A DNA stretch of 44,328 nucleotides from an uncultured Rickettsiales bacterium (GCA_964472375.1 CAYYLE010000004.1:8443-52770); one strand, 5' to 3'; counted from the first letter of the stretch, positions 9,711-19,718 are shown. Notes: generated from the sequence alone by a model not told the origin. Numbers and translations are program-made.

Positions 9711-10827
9711 TCTCCTTTTTAAGTAATATCATTGCATTCATAAGTGTAATTAACACAATAGGTATAATAATAGATTGTTTTACGCTAATTATACCCGATT
9801 GCCCAAAAGATAAGCAAACTTGATAAAGACCATAAAAAATAAAACACACTAAAACAGCTTTACCAATTGAGATAAAAATATTATCTTGCCTTGCAGAACC
9901 AAAAGCCAAAATTGCCCCTGTGACTGTTAGGCTAATTACAAAAAAGATATCAGAAATATAAACACTTAAGGCTTTTAAGTAGTTTTTAACTTGCTCTTTG
10001 GTGTCTTCAAAGCTAAAAATAAGCAAAAATAGATTATAAGGCGAAAGTCTATCTATGTTTTTTTGCCTTAAAGTAGCATTTTTAAAATTTTGGCTCATGT
10101 TCATTTTTACAACAGGAATAGTCTCATGCTCGCCTTGGCTTAGGTGGTTTTTGTAAGCATTATAGACAATTAGCTCTTCTTCATTGTATACACCTTCTCT
10201 TGCACTGTAAGATGTTATTAAAGTATTGTCTCTTTTGCTATATGTAGCTAAAAATACATTGCTTAAGGCAATGTTTTTATCTCGTTTTAAGTTAACATCT
10301 TTATTGATAGTTGCATAGGCTATTTGGTAGCTTTGTTCATAATCTTCAATTGCCCAAAATACATTGTTAGTAATGCCAACCTTTTGCTCTTGCTTTACTT
10401 TTATTTGCACATTTTCAGCTATTGTTGTGTTGGTTTCAACAACATAAGAAACAAAAACAAAGTTAAAAATTGCAATTAGTGTAGATGCAAAGATGATAGG
10501 GTACATAAAGCTTGTTGCTTTTAATCCAATAGAGCGATAAATACAAAGGGCATTGCTAGAATTTAGCCTATAATAAGTTGTAAAGCTTGAAAAAAAAGCA
10601 ATAAAAGGTGCAAGGTTGTACAAAAATGAGGGTAAATTAAGCAAAGGCACTACTACAATAATGTTTAGCTTACCTTCTTCTGTTAAAATATCGTTACGAC
10701 GAAAAAGCTCAATATAGTCAAAAAGCAAAACAATGCACGAAAGAGCGAGCAAGTAAATGATGCAGTTTTTCAGATACATGAAAAAGATTTGTTTATAAAT
10801 TATTTTGTCAAAGTCTATAAACTTCAT
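9700..10827 (-). CDS. lptG: LPS export ABC transporter permease, LptF/LptG family (LptG-like)
   Basis: 3 TM, a periplasmic beta domain, then 3 TM. FDYIELFRR and RLNSSNAL..RSIG motifs. Immediately upstream of lptD. Confidence 0.8.
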   Translation of the reverse strand: MKFIDFDKIIYKQIFFMYLKNCIIYLLALSCIVLLFDYIELFRRNDILTEEGKLNIIVVVPLLNLPSFLYNLAPFIAFFSSFTTYYRLNSSNALCIYRSIGLKATSFMYPIIFASTLIAIFNFVFVSYVVETNTTIAENVQIKVKQEQKVGITNNVFWAIEDYEQSYQIAYATINKDVNLKRDKNIALSNVFLATYSKRDNTLITSYSAREGVYNEEELIVYNAYKNHLSQGEHETIPVVKMNMSQNFKNATLRQKNIDRLSPYNLFLLIFSFEDTKEQVKNYLKALSVYISDIFFVISLTVTGAILAFGSARQDNIFISIGKAVLVCFIFYGLYQVCLSFGQSGIISVKQSIIIPIVLITLMNAMILLKKENGY

Positions 10828-10828
10828 A

Positions 10829-12247
10829 TTATTTTACTGTTTTACCGTTGTTTAGTATATTTTTATCATCTAATATGCTTTTTATTTTTATCATAATATT
10901 ATTATGGTCTTTGTGGTATTTTGCCAAATAATCTTTGTTTAAAAGACCAATTCCATGCTCGGCACTAAATGTTCCACCTAAGTTTAAACTAGCTTTAAAA
11001 ATTTCTTCTCGTAATTTTGTGCGTATTTCTTGCTTTTCATCATCTTGCAATACCTTATTGGTGCAAATATTAAAATGCAAGTTACCATCTCCAACATGAC
11101 CAAAAAGCAAAGGTTTTAAACTTTCATCTATATTTTTACATATAAAAGTGCCTTGTTTTATTATAGCGGCTATTTTACTAAGTGGCACAGCTATATCATG
11201 CTTAAAGCTATGGGTAAAGAACTCTTTTTGCCCAGCATGGATTGAGCTTCTTACCTTCCAAGCATTTTGCTCTTGCATTGGCTCTAAAATTAAATATTTT
11301 GCACTATAATCACTTTGTTTTAAAGATTTATTACAGATTTCTTTTAGGTTTATATGCTTATTTCTAGTTGTAAGCTTAATAAGAGCAATAAAATCTTTTG
11401 TTTCAAAATCATTTGTAAAAACTTTTTTATTTAAAGAGCTTGCTTTTTTACCAGTTTTAAAAGCTTCCTTGTTCATTAGCTCAAAGCTTTCTAAAAAATC
11501 AAAAAAACTATCGTGAATAAAGCTATAAAATTCTAAAATATCAGAAGCATTATCAGATGCAAAAACAAGGCTTATTTCTTTTTTGTGCAAAGGAATGCAT
11601 TTTAAAGAAAGCTTAGTGATAACACCGTTAATCCCTTCAGTGCCTAAAAATAAAGATGAGAGATTAAGCCCTATATTGCGTTTTTTGTTTGTGTGTAGGT
11701 CGTTTATTATATCGCCATCTGCAAGCACAACCTCAAGCCCTTGCACAAGGTCTTTAAAAACCCCATAACGCAATGCAGTAATACCACCTGCATTTGTAGA
11801 AGCAAGCCCAGCTAGGGTGCAAATTTCTCTTGATGGTATATCAAAAGGAAAAAACAAGCCTTGTTTTTGGCATTTTTCTTGCAGGGTTTTAAGTAAAACA
11901 CCAGAGCTTGCAACTATTGTAAGGTCTTTGTTACTAATGCTTTCAATAGTAGTCATATTTTTTAAAGACAATATTACTTCATTTTTATTACTTACAGTGC
12001 TACCAACAAGCGAACTATTGCCCCCTTGCACTACAACTTTGATACCATTTTCATAACAAAATCTAAGAACTTTAGAAACCTGCAAGGTGCTTTCAGGAAG
12101 CAAGGCTATCTCACCTTTACTTATAAAGTTGCCCCTTCTTTCAAGTAAAAACTCTTTTAAGTTTTTAGAACCTAAAACAACATTGTGTGAGCCAACTATG
12201 TTTTTAAACTCATTAATAATATTTTCATTAAAAGGTCTTTGATACAT
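10829..12247 (-). CDS. FAD-linked oxidoreductase (D-2-hydroxyglutarate / D-lactate dehydrogenase family)
   Basis: VQGGNSSLVG, STNAGG..LRYG, GLEVVLADG, LFLGTEG..GVIT, KHDIAVP, FGHVGDGNLHFN, GTFSAEHGIG. Confidence 0.9.
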   Translation of the reverse strand: MYQRPFNENIINEFKNIVGSHNVVLGSKNLKEFLLERRGNFISKGEIALLPESTLQVSKVLRFCYENGIKVVVQGGNSSLVGSTVSNKNEVILSLKNMTTIESISNKDLTIVASSGVLLKTLQEKCQKQGLFFPFDIPSREICTLAGLASTNAGGITALRYGVFKDLVQGLEVVLADGDIINDLHTNKKRNIGLNLSSLFLGTEGINGVITKLSLKCIPLHKKEISLVFASDNASDILEFYSFIHDSFFDFLESFELMNKEAFKTGKKASSLNKKVFTNDFETKDFIALIKLTTRNKHINLKEICNKSLKQSDYSAKYLILEPMQEQNAWKVRSSIHAGQKEFFTHSFKHDIAVPLSKIAAIIKQGTFICKNIDESLKPLLFGHVGDGNLHFNICTNKVLQDDEKQEIRTKLREEIFKASLNLGGTFSAEHGIGLLNKDYLAKYHKDHNNIMIKIKSILDDKNILNNGKTVK

Positions 12248-12265
12248 TTTTTACAAAGCCGTATT

Positions 12266-13210
12266 TTATTTTTTTGATGCTCTTAATATTCTATCATTAA
12301 TTGCAAGCCCAATGCCTTTTTTGGGAATAGGGCTAATTGCAATTTTTTTATAAGGGCTTTCGTCAACCTGCCATAGGGTTTTAAAAAGGTTTGCCCCTGC
12401 TTCATCTAGGCTGTTTATTTTACTTAAGGGAAAGTGATTTTCTTTGTTTTTGCAATAAGTGCCAAAACAAATATAGGCCTCATCTTCTTGTGGGCTTTCT
12501 ATATTTATTCTTAGTGGTTTTTTTGGGCTGTAATGTTTTTTTTGCATTCCTGGTGAAAGGTTTTTTTTACTTTCATTTGTTTCTTTTACATCTATAACCC
12601 TTAAAAGAGCCTCTTTGCTTATAGGCCCATGCCTTAGTATATAAATGAAATCATTGTTTCTTGCATCAACAACAGTTGATTCAAGCCCCAAGTTGCAGGC
12701 GTTTTCATCTTCTAAAACTGTTATGTTTTCATTAGCTAAAGATTTTACAACATGGCTGTATGAAGTAGGGCTTAACATGTTAGATGTATTAGCAGAAGGA
12801 CCAGCTAAAGGAAAAGAAAGGCTAGAAAGTAATTTATTTGCGGTTTTATTGCTAGGCACCCTTATAGCTTGGCTACTTAGTCCATTGCTACAAATTTCAC
12901 TTATTTTAGAATCATCGGTTCTTTCTAAAATTATTGTTAAAGCACCAGGCATAAAGTTTTTTGCCAAAATTTTGGCACTTTTGGTAATTTTTACATCATT
13001 AAAGCAATCTTCAAAGCCTGCATAATGCACAATTAAAGGGTTAAACAAAGGTCTTTGCTTTGCTTTAAAGATTTTTATAACCGCATTTCTATCATAGGCA
13101 TTTGCACCCAAGCCGTATACAGTTTCGGTAGGAAAAGCAACAAGACCGCCTTGTGTTAATATTTTTTTGCAGTAAATTATGCTTTCATTACTTGTTTTTA
13201 ATACTTTCAT
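12266..13210 (-). CDS. sua5: L-threonylcarbamoyladenylate synthase (Sua5 type)
   Basis: VAFPTETVYGLGA, KQRPLFNPLIVH, GPSAN, GLESTVVD, SPGMQKKHYSP, AINDRILRA. ATG at 13210 preferred over the ORF-track TTG at 13249. Confidence 0.93.
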   Translation of the reverse strand: MKVLKTSNESIIYCKKILTQGGLVAFPTETVYGLGANAYDRNAVIKIFKAKQRPLFNPLIVHYAGFEDCFNDVKITKSAKILAKNFMPGALTIILERTDDSKISEICSNGLSSQAIRVPSNKTANKLLSSLSFPLAGPSANTSNMLSPTSYSHVVKSLANENITVLEDENACNLGLESTVVDARNNDFIYILRHGPISKEALLRVIDVKETNESKKNLSPGMQKKHYSPKKPLRINIESPQEDEAYICFGTYCKNKENHFPLSKINSLDEAGANLFKTLWQVDESPYKKIAISPIPKKGIGLAINDRILRASKK

Positions 13211-13254
13211 AGCTTTGTTTAGCTTTCTTTTGGTTGGAAAAAACAACAATATAC

Positions 13255-13284
13255 ATTATATTTAAAATGAGAGAAAAATTACAA
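13255..13284 (-). promoter_or_regulatory. candidate promoter of the sua5-oxidoreductase-lptG-lptD-surA operon
   Basis: Minus strand TTGTAA (13284-13279), 18 nt, TATAAT (13260-13255). Confidence 0.45.
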
Positions 13285-13313
13285 ACAAAATGCCAAAAAA
13301 AGGATAGTTTAAA

Positions 13314-14744
13314 ATGCAAGTTTTAATAAAGCAGAATGCAAAGCCAAGCAATAAAGATATTGTAGTACTTTTTGTTAATAAAACAGAAGGCTTAGAAAAA
13401 GTAAAAGATAGCCTAGAAGTTATAAAAATAGAAAGCATATTACAAGGTTATAACTTTGCAAAATCAACAAATCTTTTGGAAATTAAAGGTTTAGATTCTT
13501 GCAAAAACCTTATAGTTGTAAAGCTAAATGAAGAGCAAAGCAATGCAAAGCAAATGGAAGAGCTTGCAAATCTTTTAGAAAAAGAGCAAGAAGTTAGCTT
13601 TATATTTGCAGATACAAGCATGCAAGCAAGTGCTAAAGCAGTGGCTGATTTTAAAATTAAAAGCTGGAATTTTGATAAATATACAACAATAGAAGGTCAA
13701 AAAAAGGATAGCAAGATTGCTTCTTTAAATGTTTCTCATTTTGAAAATGGCTTTGAAGAAGAGCTAAACAAAGAACTTGCAATTGCAGATGGTGTTATTT
13801 TTGCAAGCACACTAATGAACGAGCCTGCAAATAAGCTGACCCCTGCACTTTATACAGAAGAAATTAAAAAACTAGAAGAACTTGGTGTAAAAGTAGAAAT
13901 TTTAGACCAAGCACAACTAGAAAAACTAGGAATGGGTTGCTTACTTGCAGTTGCACAAGGCTCGGCACAAAAGCCATATGTAGCAATTATGCGTTGGGAA
14001 AATGGTAACAAAGATGATGCACCAATAGCTTTAGTTGGTAAAGGTGTTACTTTTGATACAGGTGGAATATCAATAAAGCCAAGTGTTGGCATGGAAGATA
14101 TGAAGTTTGACATGGGTGGCTCGGCCACTGTTTGTGGTGTTTTAAAAAGTGTGGCACTAAGAAAAGCAAAAGTAAATGTAGTAGGCTTAGTTGGATTGGT
14201 AGAAAACATGCCATCTAGCACTGCTGTAAAACCAGGTGATGTTGTAACTGCAATGAATGGCAAAACTGTGGAAGTTATAAACACAGATGCAGAAGGTAGG
14301 CTTGTATTGGCTGATGTTTTATACTACACACACAAAATACTTAACCCAAAGTTTATAATTGATTTTGCAACTTTAACAGGTGCTATGATTATATCTTTAG
14401 GTTCTGAAAGAGCAGGCTTTTTTGCAAATGATGATAAGCTATCTAAAGAGCTAGAAATAGCAGGGGAAGAAACAAACGAACTGCTTTGGAGATTGCCACT
14501 TGGTAAAGAATATGATAAGTATGTAGTTTCTGATTATGCTGATTATCGTAATATTAGCAAGCTTGCATCAAGAGGTGCTGGCTCTGTTGTTGCTGCAAAG
14601 TTTTTAGAGCAATTTGTAGGCGATAGCAAATGGGCGCATGTTGATATTGCAGGTGTAGCATGGAGCAGCAAAGGCAAAAGGACACCTACTAGCTTTGGTA
14701 TTAAACTTGTGAATGATTTTTTAATCAACAACTATGAAAAATAA
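13314..14744 (+). CDS. pepA: leucyl aminopeptidase (M17)
   Basis: LVGKGVTFDTGGISIKP, MKFDMGG, NTDAEGRLVLAD, ATLTGA, WAHVDIAG. Confidence 0.97.
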   Translation: MQVLIKQNAKPSNKDIVVLFVNKTEGLEKVKDSLEVIKIESILQGYNFAKSTNLLEIKGLDSCKNLIVVKLNEEQSNAKQMEELANLLEKEQEVSFIFADTSMQASAKAVADFKIKSWNFDKYTTIEGQKKDSKIASLNVSHFENGFEEELNKELAIADGVIFASTLMNEPANKLTPALYTEEIKKLEELGVKVEILDQAQLEKLGMGCLLAVAQGSAQKPYVAIMRWENGNKDDAPIALVGKGVTFDTGGISIKPSVGMEDMKFDMGGSATVCGVLKSVALRKAKVNVVGLVGLVENMPSSTAVKPGDVVTAMNGKTVEVINTDAEGRLVLADVLYYTHKILNPKFIIDFATLTGAMIISLGSERAGFFANDDKLSKELEIAGEETNELLWRLPLGKEYDKYVVSDYADYRNISKLASRGAGSVVAAKFLEQFVGDSKWAHVDIAGVAWSSKGKRTPTSFGIKLVNDFLINNYEK

Positions 14745-15186
14745 AACTATAAAGCTTTTTACCTACCAAACTAGCAAAGAACAATCTATTGTTTTAACAA
14801 CTAGTTTGGTTAGTAAAACTTTAGCAATGGACAAAAAGTGCTTGGTGCTTTGTGGGTCTTTAACCCAAGTTGACTACCTTGACAATATATTTTGGACAAG
14901 GTCTTTATGGCTTGCCCATGGTAAAAAAGGTTGCAAAGATGAAAACTTGCAACCTGCACTGCTTTCAGATGAGTTTACTAAAGTAAATGAGCCTGATTTT
15001 TTGTTTTTATTTCACAAAGTTGGAAGCTTTAATTTAGAATCTTTTGAGAGAGTTTTTGTTATTTATATGAAAGAGCAAGAACAAGAGCTAAAAGATTATG
15101 TAAAATCTTTAGAGAATAAAGAAAATATTATTATTGAACATTATGGTTATATAAATGGTAAATACGAAAAAATTGATATTATTTAA
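14734..15186 (+). CDS. holC: DNA polymerase III subunit chi
   Basis: LDNIFW...WLAHG...QPALL...FERVF pattern; conserved position directly after pepA. Confidence 0.8.
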   Translation: MKNKTIKLFTYQTSKEQSIVLTTSLVSKTLAMDKKCLVLCGSLTQVDYLDNIFWTRSLWLAHGKKGCKDENLQPALLSDEFTKVNEPDFLFLFHKVGSFNLESFERVFVIYMKEQEQELKDYVKSLENKENIIIEHYGYINGKYEKIDII

Positions 15187-16306
15187 ATTGTTGGTTGTGC
15201 TTGCTTTTATGTTTAGCACTACTACTTTAAAAGCTAATCAGTTTCAAAAAGAATTTTTGCTTTATTCTGTTTCAGCAAGTGCAAAAGATGTAAGCTCTGC
15301 AAAAGCAAGCATTAAAGCAAGAGCCCAAGCAAAAAAAGCTGCAATTACTATGCTTTTAGAAAAAATGGTACTAAAGCAGGATAGAGTAAAAATTCAAGGT
15401 CTTTTAGATAGCTCATCAACCGACCAGCTTGTATCTCGTATGCGTATTACTAATGAGGTTGTTTCTAGTGTTTCTTACTCGGCTAATTTTGTGTTTGAGT
15501 TTGATGCCCAAAGAGTTGTAGATTTTTTAAACGAAACTAAGCTAAAGTTTGTTTATTTAGACAAGCAAGTAGACTTTGTTGTTTTGCCTTTGTTTAGAGA
15601 TTTAAACAGCAACAAAGCAATGCTATGGGAAGATGAAAACAAATGGAAGCAAGCGGTTTTTAGCAAAGAAAACACCTACCAAGCATCAATTTATGATATT
15701 GCAAACACAGCTGTAACAGTGCAAGACCTTGAAAGTATAAACTCTTCTGATGTTGTGCATAAAAATGTATTACAAAAAGCTAAGGTTGTAAACTCTGCAA
15801 GTGAAGGTGCTTTTATTTTAGAGCTTTCATTAAAAGGTGATGTTTATATTTTAAAAGCTACAAACCTAGAAGATAAAAAAGATATTTTTGTAAAAAGCTA
15901 TTCAGAAAGCAAACTACAAGAACAAAACAAACTAAGAGGTATTGATATTTATCAATACATTGCACAAGATGCAAGCGTAGAGCTAAATGATTATTTTTTA
16001 GAGCAAGCTTATAGCATAATTACATCAGAAGCTAAAGATAGCTATTTTATTTTGTACTTTAATGATTTAAATAAACTTACAAGATTTAAAAGACAGCTAC
16101 AAAACATTATAAGCGTTGAGTCTTTTACAGTGGAAAAATTCTACTCTAATAAAGTTGTTTTAAAAGTAAAACACAAAAATAAATTAGATGCGATAGATAA
16201 TGATTTAAAATCACTAGGGTTTTATATAGAAAGTGTTAGTAGGTCTATTGTATCTGGTGATATAGCAACAGTTGAAGAATGTGTAAATAGTGTGTGTACA
16301 AATTAA
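15155..16306 (+). CDS. exported DUF2066-like protein
   Basis: Signal peptide, VSASAKDVSSAK..AR..A, LV..MRITNE..YSANF.FEFD..V, VVLPLF..LWEDENKW. Sits upstream of hda as in other Alphaproteobacteria. Confidence 0.7.
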   Translation: MVNTKKLILFKLLVVLAFMFSTTTLKANQFQKEFLLYSVSASAKDVSSAKASIKARAQAKKAAITMLLEKMVLKQDRVKIQGLLDSSSTDQLVSRMRITNEVVSSVSYSANFVFEFDAQRVVDFLNETKLKFVYLDKQVDFVVLPLFRDLNSNKAMLWEDENKWKQAVFSKENTYQASIYDIANTAVTVQDLESINSSDVVHKNVLQKAKVVNSASEGAFILELSLKGDVYILKATNLEDKKDIFVKSYSESKLQEQNKLRGIDIYQYIAQDASVELNDYFLEQAYSIITSEAKDSYFILYFNDLNKLTRFKRQLQNIISVESFTVEKFYSNKVVLKVKHKNKLDAIDNDLKSLGFYIESVSRSIVSGDIATVEECVNSVCTN

Positions 16307-17037
16307 TGACATTTAACAATAATAGCTTGCAACAGCTGTTTTTTGACTTTAGTACACCAAAAGAAAACAACAAAAATGCAACTAATGCAGATATTTTTGT
16401 AAGTACTCACAATCAAAAGGTGTTTAACTTTTTATTTAATTATAAAGAAGATTGGATAGCATCTTTTGCTTTAATTATAGGGCAAAAACAAAGTGGAAAA
16501 TCATTGCTTTTAAATGCCTTTTGCAACAAAAAAGGCAACTGTTTTAGCCTAGATATCAATAACCTAAAAAATTTTGATAAAAATGCAAGTTACTATGTGC
16601 TTGATAACCTACAAAACATAAATAAAAACAACGAAGAAAGCTTGTTTCATTTGTTGAATTTTATAATAGCTAACAAAAAAAACCTTGTAATGGCAAGTGA
16701 TAGAACAATTGACGAGATAGAGTTTTCAACTAAAGATGTAAAGTCGCGTATTAGAAGCTCATTAGTTTTTTATATAGAAAAAGCAGATGAGAAGGTAATG
16801 AAGTTTATTTTTATAAAAATGTGCTACAACCTAGGTTTTGATATACCTTTAAATGCTGTTGATTATATTTTTAAAAATATAAATACAGACTTTGAAAGCC
16901 TAGGCAACTTTGCACAAAAGATATACAAAAATAAAATGGAATTAAACAAAAAGGTTACACTGCCTTTTGTAAAAGATATAATAAAACCAAAAACAAAGTT
17001 TGATTTAATAAGAAAACATCTTGAAAATTTTTATTAA
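16306..17037 (+). CDS. hda: DnaA regulatory inactivator Hda/HdaA
   Basis: N-terminal clamp-binding-like QQLFFDF, FVSTHNQ, Walker A GQKQSGKS, EESLFHLLN, DVKSR. Likely ATG at 16306 in a TAATG overlap with the upstream stop (ORF track starts at GTG 16294). Confidence 0.85.
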   Translation: MTFNNNSLQQLFFDFSTPKENNKNATNADIFVSTHNQKVFNFLFNYKEDWIASFALIIGQKQSGKSLLLNAFCNKKGNCFSLDINNLKNFDKNASYYVLDNLQNINKNNEESLFHLLNFIIANKKNLVMASDRTIDEIEFSTKDVKSRIRSSLVFYIEKADEKVMKFIFIKMCYNLGFDIPLNAVDYIFKNINTDFESLGNFAQKIYKNKMELNKKVTLPFVKDIIKPKTKFDLIRKHLENFY

Positions 17038-17888
17038 ATACTGTGTTTAATAATATTTAGTATCTGTGCTTGGTTTTCTTTGATTTGGCGAGAGTATTTT
17101 ACTCTAAAAAGGTCTTTAAGGTTAGTTGGCTTTCTTATGGCTATTTTTCTAATATCTTTATTTTCATATATCATTTTGCGTGAAAGATTGTGGTTTTTTG
17201 CAAGGGTTTCTCTTAGTTTAAAAAGACTTAGGGCAATTGCGTTTTGCTTACTATTATAAAGCCTTAGTTTAGAAAGCTCTTTGTTTATATTATATTTTAG
17301 GTTATTGCCACTGTATATTACTTTTGTTTTTTCGTTAATATTTGCAAGTAGTTTTTTTTCACAAATTTGAGGAAGGATTTTTTTGTATATCTTGTATATA
17401 TAATATACATCTAAAAAGCTGTATATTATTTGCTCTTTGCTTAGTGGTCTTTGTAGCCAGTTGCTTTTTTGCATAGCTTTGCTTGTTTTTTCATGAAAAA
17501 TATTTTCATAAAGTTCAGCAAGACCTATGTTATCTCTGTACCCAAGTGCTTTTACAGCTATTTGAATATCAAAAATATTGCTCATTTGCTTGCTTGCTTT
17601 GTGGTTGAAAATAATGATATCTTGCTTAGCACTAAACCAAACTTTTATGCATTGGCTATTTTCTATCACATTAATGAAATCTTCAATACTTGTATCAAAA
17701 TTATTTTCAATACAATCTACAACATAGCTTTTCCCATCAGGAAAGCATAATTGTATTGTAGAAAGAGTAGGGTAAAGTTTTGTTCTTCCTGTATGGAATT
17801 CAGTATCAAGAGCAAGCCATTTGTTGTTTGTTAAAATCTTATCTATTAAAAAATTTAATTTGTTGCTATCATTTACTAAGTAATACAT
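17034..17888 (-). CDS. rnd: ribonuclease D (short form)
   Basis: ALDTEF..YP.L..IQL, FDIQIA, K.MQKSNWLQRPLS.EQ..Y...DV DEDDy domain plus one HRDC-like domain. Confidence 0.88.
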   Translation of the reverse strand: MYYLVNDSNKLNFLIDKILTNNKWLALDTEFHTGRTKLYPTLSTIQLCFPDGKSYVVDCIENNFDTSIEDFINVIENSQCIKVWFSAKQDIIIFNHKASKQMSNIFDIQIAVKALGYRDNIGLAELYENIFHEKTSKAMQKSNWLQRPLSKEQIIYSFLDVYYIYKIYKKILPQICEKKLLANINEKTKVIYSGNNLKYNINKELSKLRLYNSKQNAIALSLFKLRETLAKNHNLSRKMIYENKDIRKIAIRKPTNLKDLFRVKYSRQIKENQAQILNIIKHSI

Positions 17889-17919
17889 AAAGTTTCACAA
17901 ACCCGAGGAGAAAAAGTAC

Positions 17920-18732
17920 TTGTATTATATTGTTTTAATTGCTTTAGTTTCACCAATTTTGGTTTTTTTGCACAAAAAAAAACTATGCAAAACCATGTTG
18001 TTTTGTTTCTCATTAGTGTTGCTTTTGCCATTGTACCACACATACAGTAACTTTTATAAAAAAGATACCGCTAAGCATAGTGTTGTTGTCTCTTCTTTTG
18101 ATTACTCTAACCCTTGGCTTGTATTAAAAAGCGATGGCATAATTTCGGGTATTGATGTTAATATTTTAGGTAGTTTCGCAACTGCTGTTAAGCTTTCTAT
18201 GGATTTTGTTGAAAGGATAGACCTAAAAGACAAAGAACCTGATATTTTAATAGGGGCGGTTTATGAAGGCTATATTAAAAAAGATAGTAACTTTGAGTTA
18301 AGCGACCCATACGGGCAAGAGACTATGGTTGTTGTTGGTCCTTATCACTTTTTTCGCAATGATGAAAATGAAAACAAAAGCTTAAATAGTTTACTGCGAA
18401 ACAAAAAGCTAGGCACACTAGCAAGTGATAGGTACAAAATAGTGCTTAACCAAATGAGCCTGCAAGATAATGTAGATGTTCGCTATTACAGTAGCTTTAT
18501 ACAGCTGGTTAATGATTATGCCAGCAGTAAAGTAGATGTAATGCTTTTAAGTAGTTGCCTACGAAAAACAATAAAACAAGAAGATTTAACAAAAAGTTTA
18601 GTAACAGTTTACAAACATAGCCCTAACAATCTTTATGTAGCTTTTAATAAAAATAGCGATAATTATTTGCAGAATATTGCCTATTTTAATGCTATGATAG
18701 GTGAGAGAAATAAACTTGTTACTTGCAATTAG
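17920..18732 (+). CDS. membrane-anchored family-3 (polar amino acid type) substrate-binding protein
   Basis: TTG start with GAGGAG RBS, two N-terminal hydrophobic stretches, DGIISGIDVNIL, LSDPYG, LRNKKLG, KVDVM, LYVAFNKN. Confidence 0.7.
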   Translation: MYYIVLIALVSPILVFLHKKKLCKTMLFCFSLVLLLPLYHTYSNFYKKDTAKHSVVVSSFDYSNPWLVLKSDGIISGIDVNILGSFATAVKLSMDFVERIDLKDKEPDILIGAVYEGYIKKDSNFELSDPYGQETMVVVGPYHFFRNDENENKSLNSLLRNKKLGTLASDRYKIVLNQMSLQDNVDVRYYSSFIQLVNDYASSKVDVMLLSSCLRKTIKQEDLTKSLVTVYKHSPNNLYVAFNKNSDNYLQNIAYFNAMIGERNKLVTCN

Positions 18733-18765
18733 CAATTTATAATTATAATTTGAGGTAGTTAAAAA

Positions 18766-19680
18766 ATGTATGAAAATAAAATCTTAAATATTATTGAAGG
18801 TGTAAAAACCATTCCTGAACATGGTAGAAAAGTAGCTATGGTGTACCCTTGTGATGTTACCTCACTTCAAGGAATTATGGAAGCTTACAAGCAAGGTGTT
18901 GCAATTCCTTTTTTGTATGGTCCTGAAGTTAAAATTAGAGAAGTTGCAAAAGAAAACGATATAGATGTAAGTGATGCAACCATAATTGATTGTAGAGATT
19001 ACAACGAAGCAGCAATACTTGCATGTAGAGATTGCCGTGAAGGTAAAATAGCTACAATAATGAAAGGTAGTTTGCACACTGATGAACTAATGAAACATGT
19101 AGTAAGCAGAGATGCAGGCTTAAGAGCAGGCAGAAGGATAAGCCACGCATATGTTTTAGATATGCCAAGTTATAATAAACTTTTAATGGTTTCAGATTGT
19201 GCCTTAAATATTTCACCTGATTTTGATACAAGAGTAGATATTGTTAAAAATGCTATTGAGTTTGCAAGGTCTTTAGGTATTAAGACACCTAAGGTTGCTT
19301 TGTTGTCTTCTGTTGAGCATATTTATAGCAAGATTCCTAACACTATTGAAGCAGCAGCAATTGCAAAAATGACAGAAAGAAACCAAATTACAAACGCTAT
19401 TGTTGATGGTCCTTTAGCTTTTGACAATGCAATTAGTGCTTTAGCTGCAAGCATTAAAGGTGTAAAAAGTGCTGTAGCAGGCGACCCTGATATATTGGTT
19501 CCTTCAAATTTAGAAGCAGCAAACATTCTTGCAAAACAAGCAATATATTTAGGTAATGCAAAAGCACTAGGCGTTGTTTTAGGTGCTAAAGTTCCCGTTG
19601 TGTTAACAAGTAGAGCAGATTCTATTGAAACAAGAGTAGCGTCAATAGCAGCTGCATTATCTTTAAGTAATTCAAAATAA
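18766..19680 (+). CDS. pta: phosphate acetyl/butyryltransferase (PTA_PTB family)
   Basis: IMKGSLHTDELM, RRISH, SDCALNISP, PKVALLSSVE, VDGPLAFDNAIS, VVLTSRADS. Directly upstream of ackA. Confidence 0.9.
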   Translation: MYENKILNIIEGVKTIPEHGRKVAMVYPCDVTSLQGIMEAYKQGVAIPFLYGPEVKIREVAKENDIDVSDATIIDCRDYNEAAILACRDCREGKIATIMKGSLHTDELMKHVVSRDAGLRAGRRISHAYVLDMPSYNKLLMVSDCALNISPDFDTRVDIVKNAIEFARSLGIKTPKVALLSSVEHIYSKIPNTIEAAAIAKMTERNQITNAIVDGPLAFDNAISALAASIKGVKSAVAGDPDILVPSNLEAANILAKQAIYLGNAKALGVVLGAKVPVVLTSRADSIETRVASIAAALSLSNSK

Positions 19681-19718
19681 TAAGAGTTTATAATTTTAAG
19701 TAAAAGGGGATTAGTACA

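Noticed and set aside
13211-13249. TTG-started extension of sua5
   Set aside because: It lies at the predicted transcription start; the Sua5-like sequence begins at ATG 13210.
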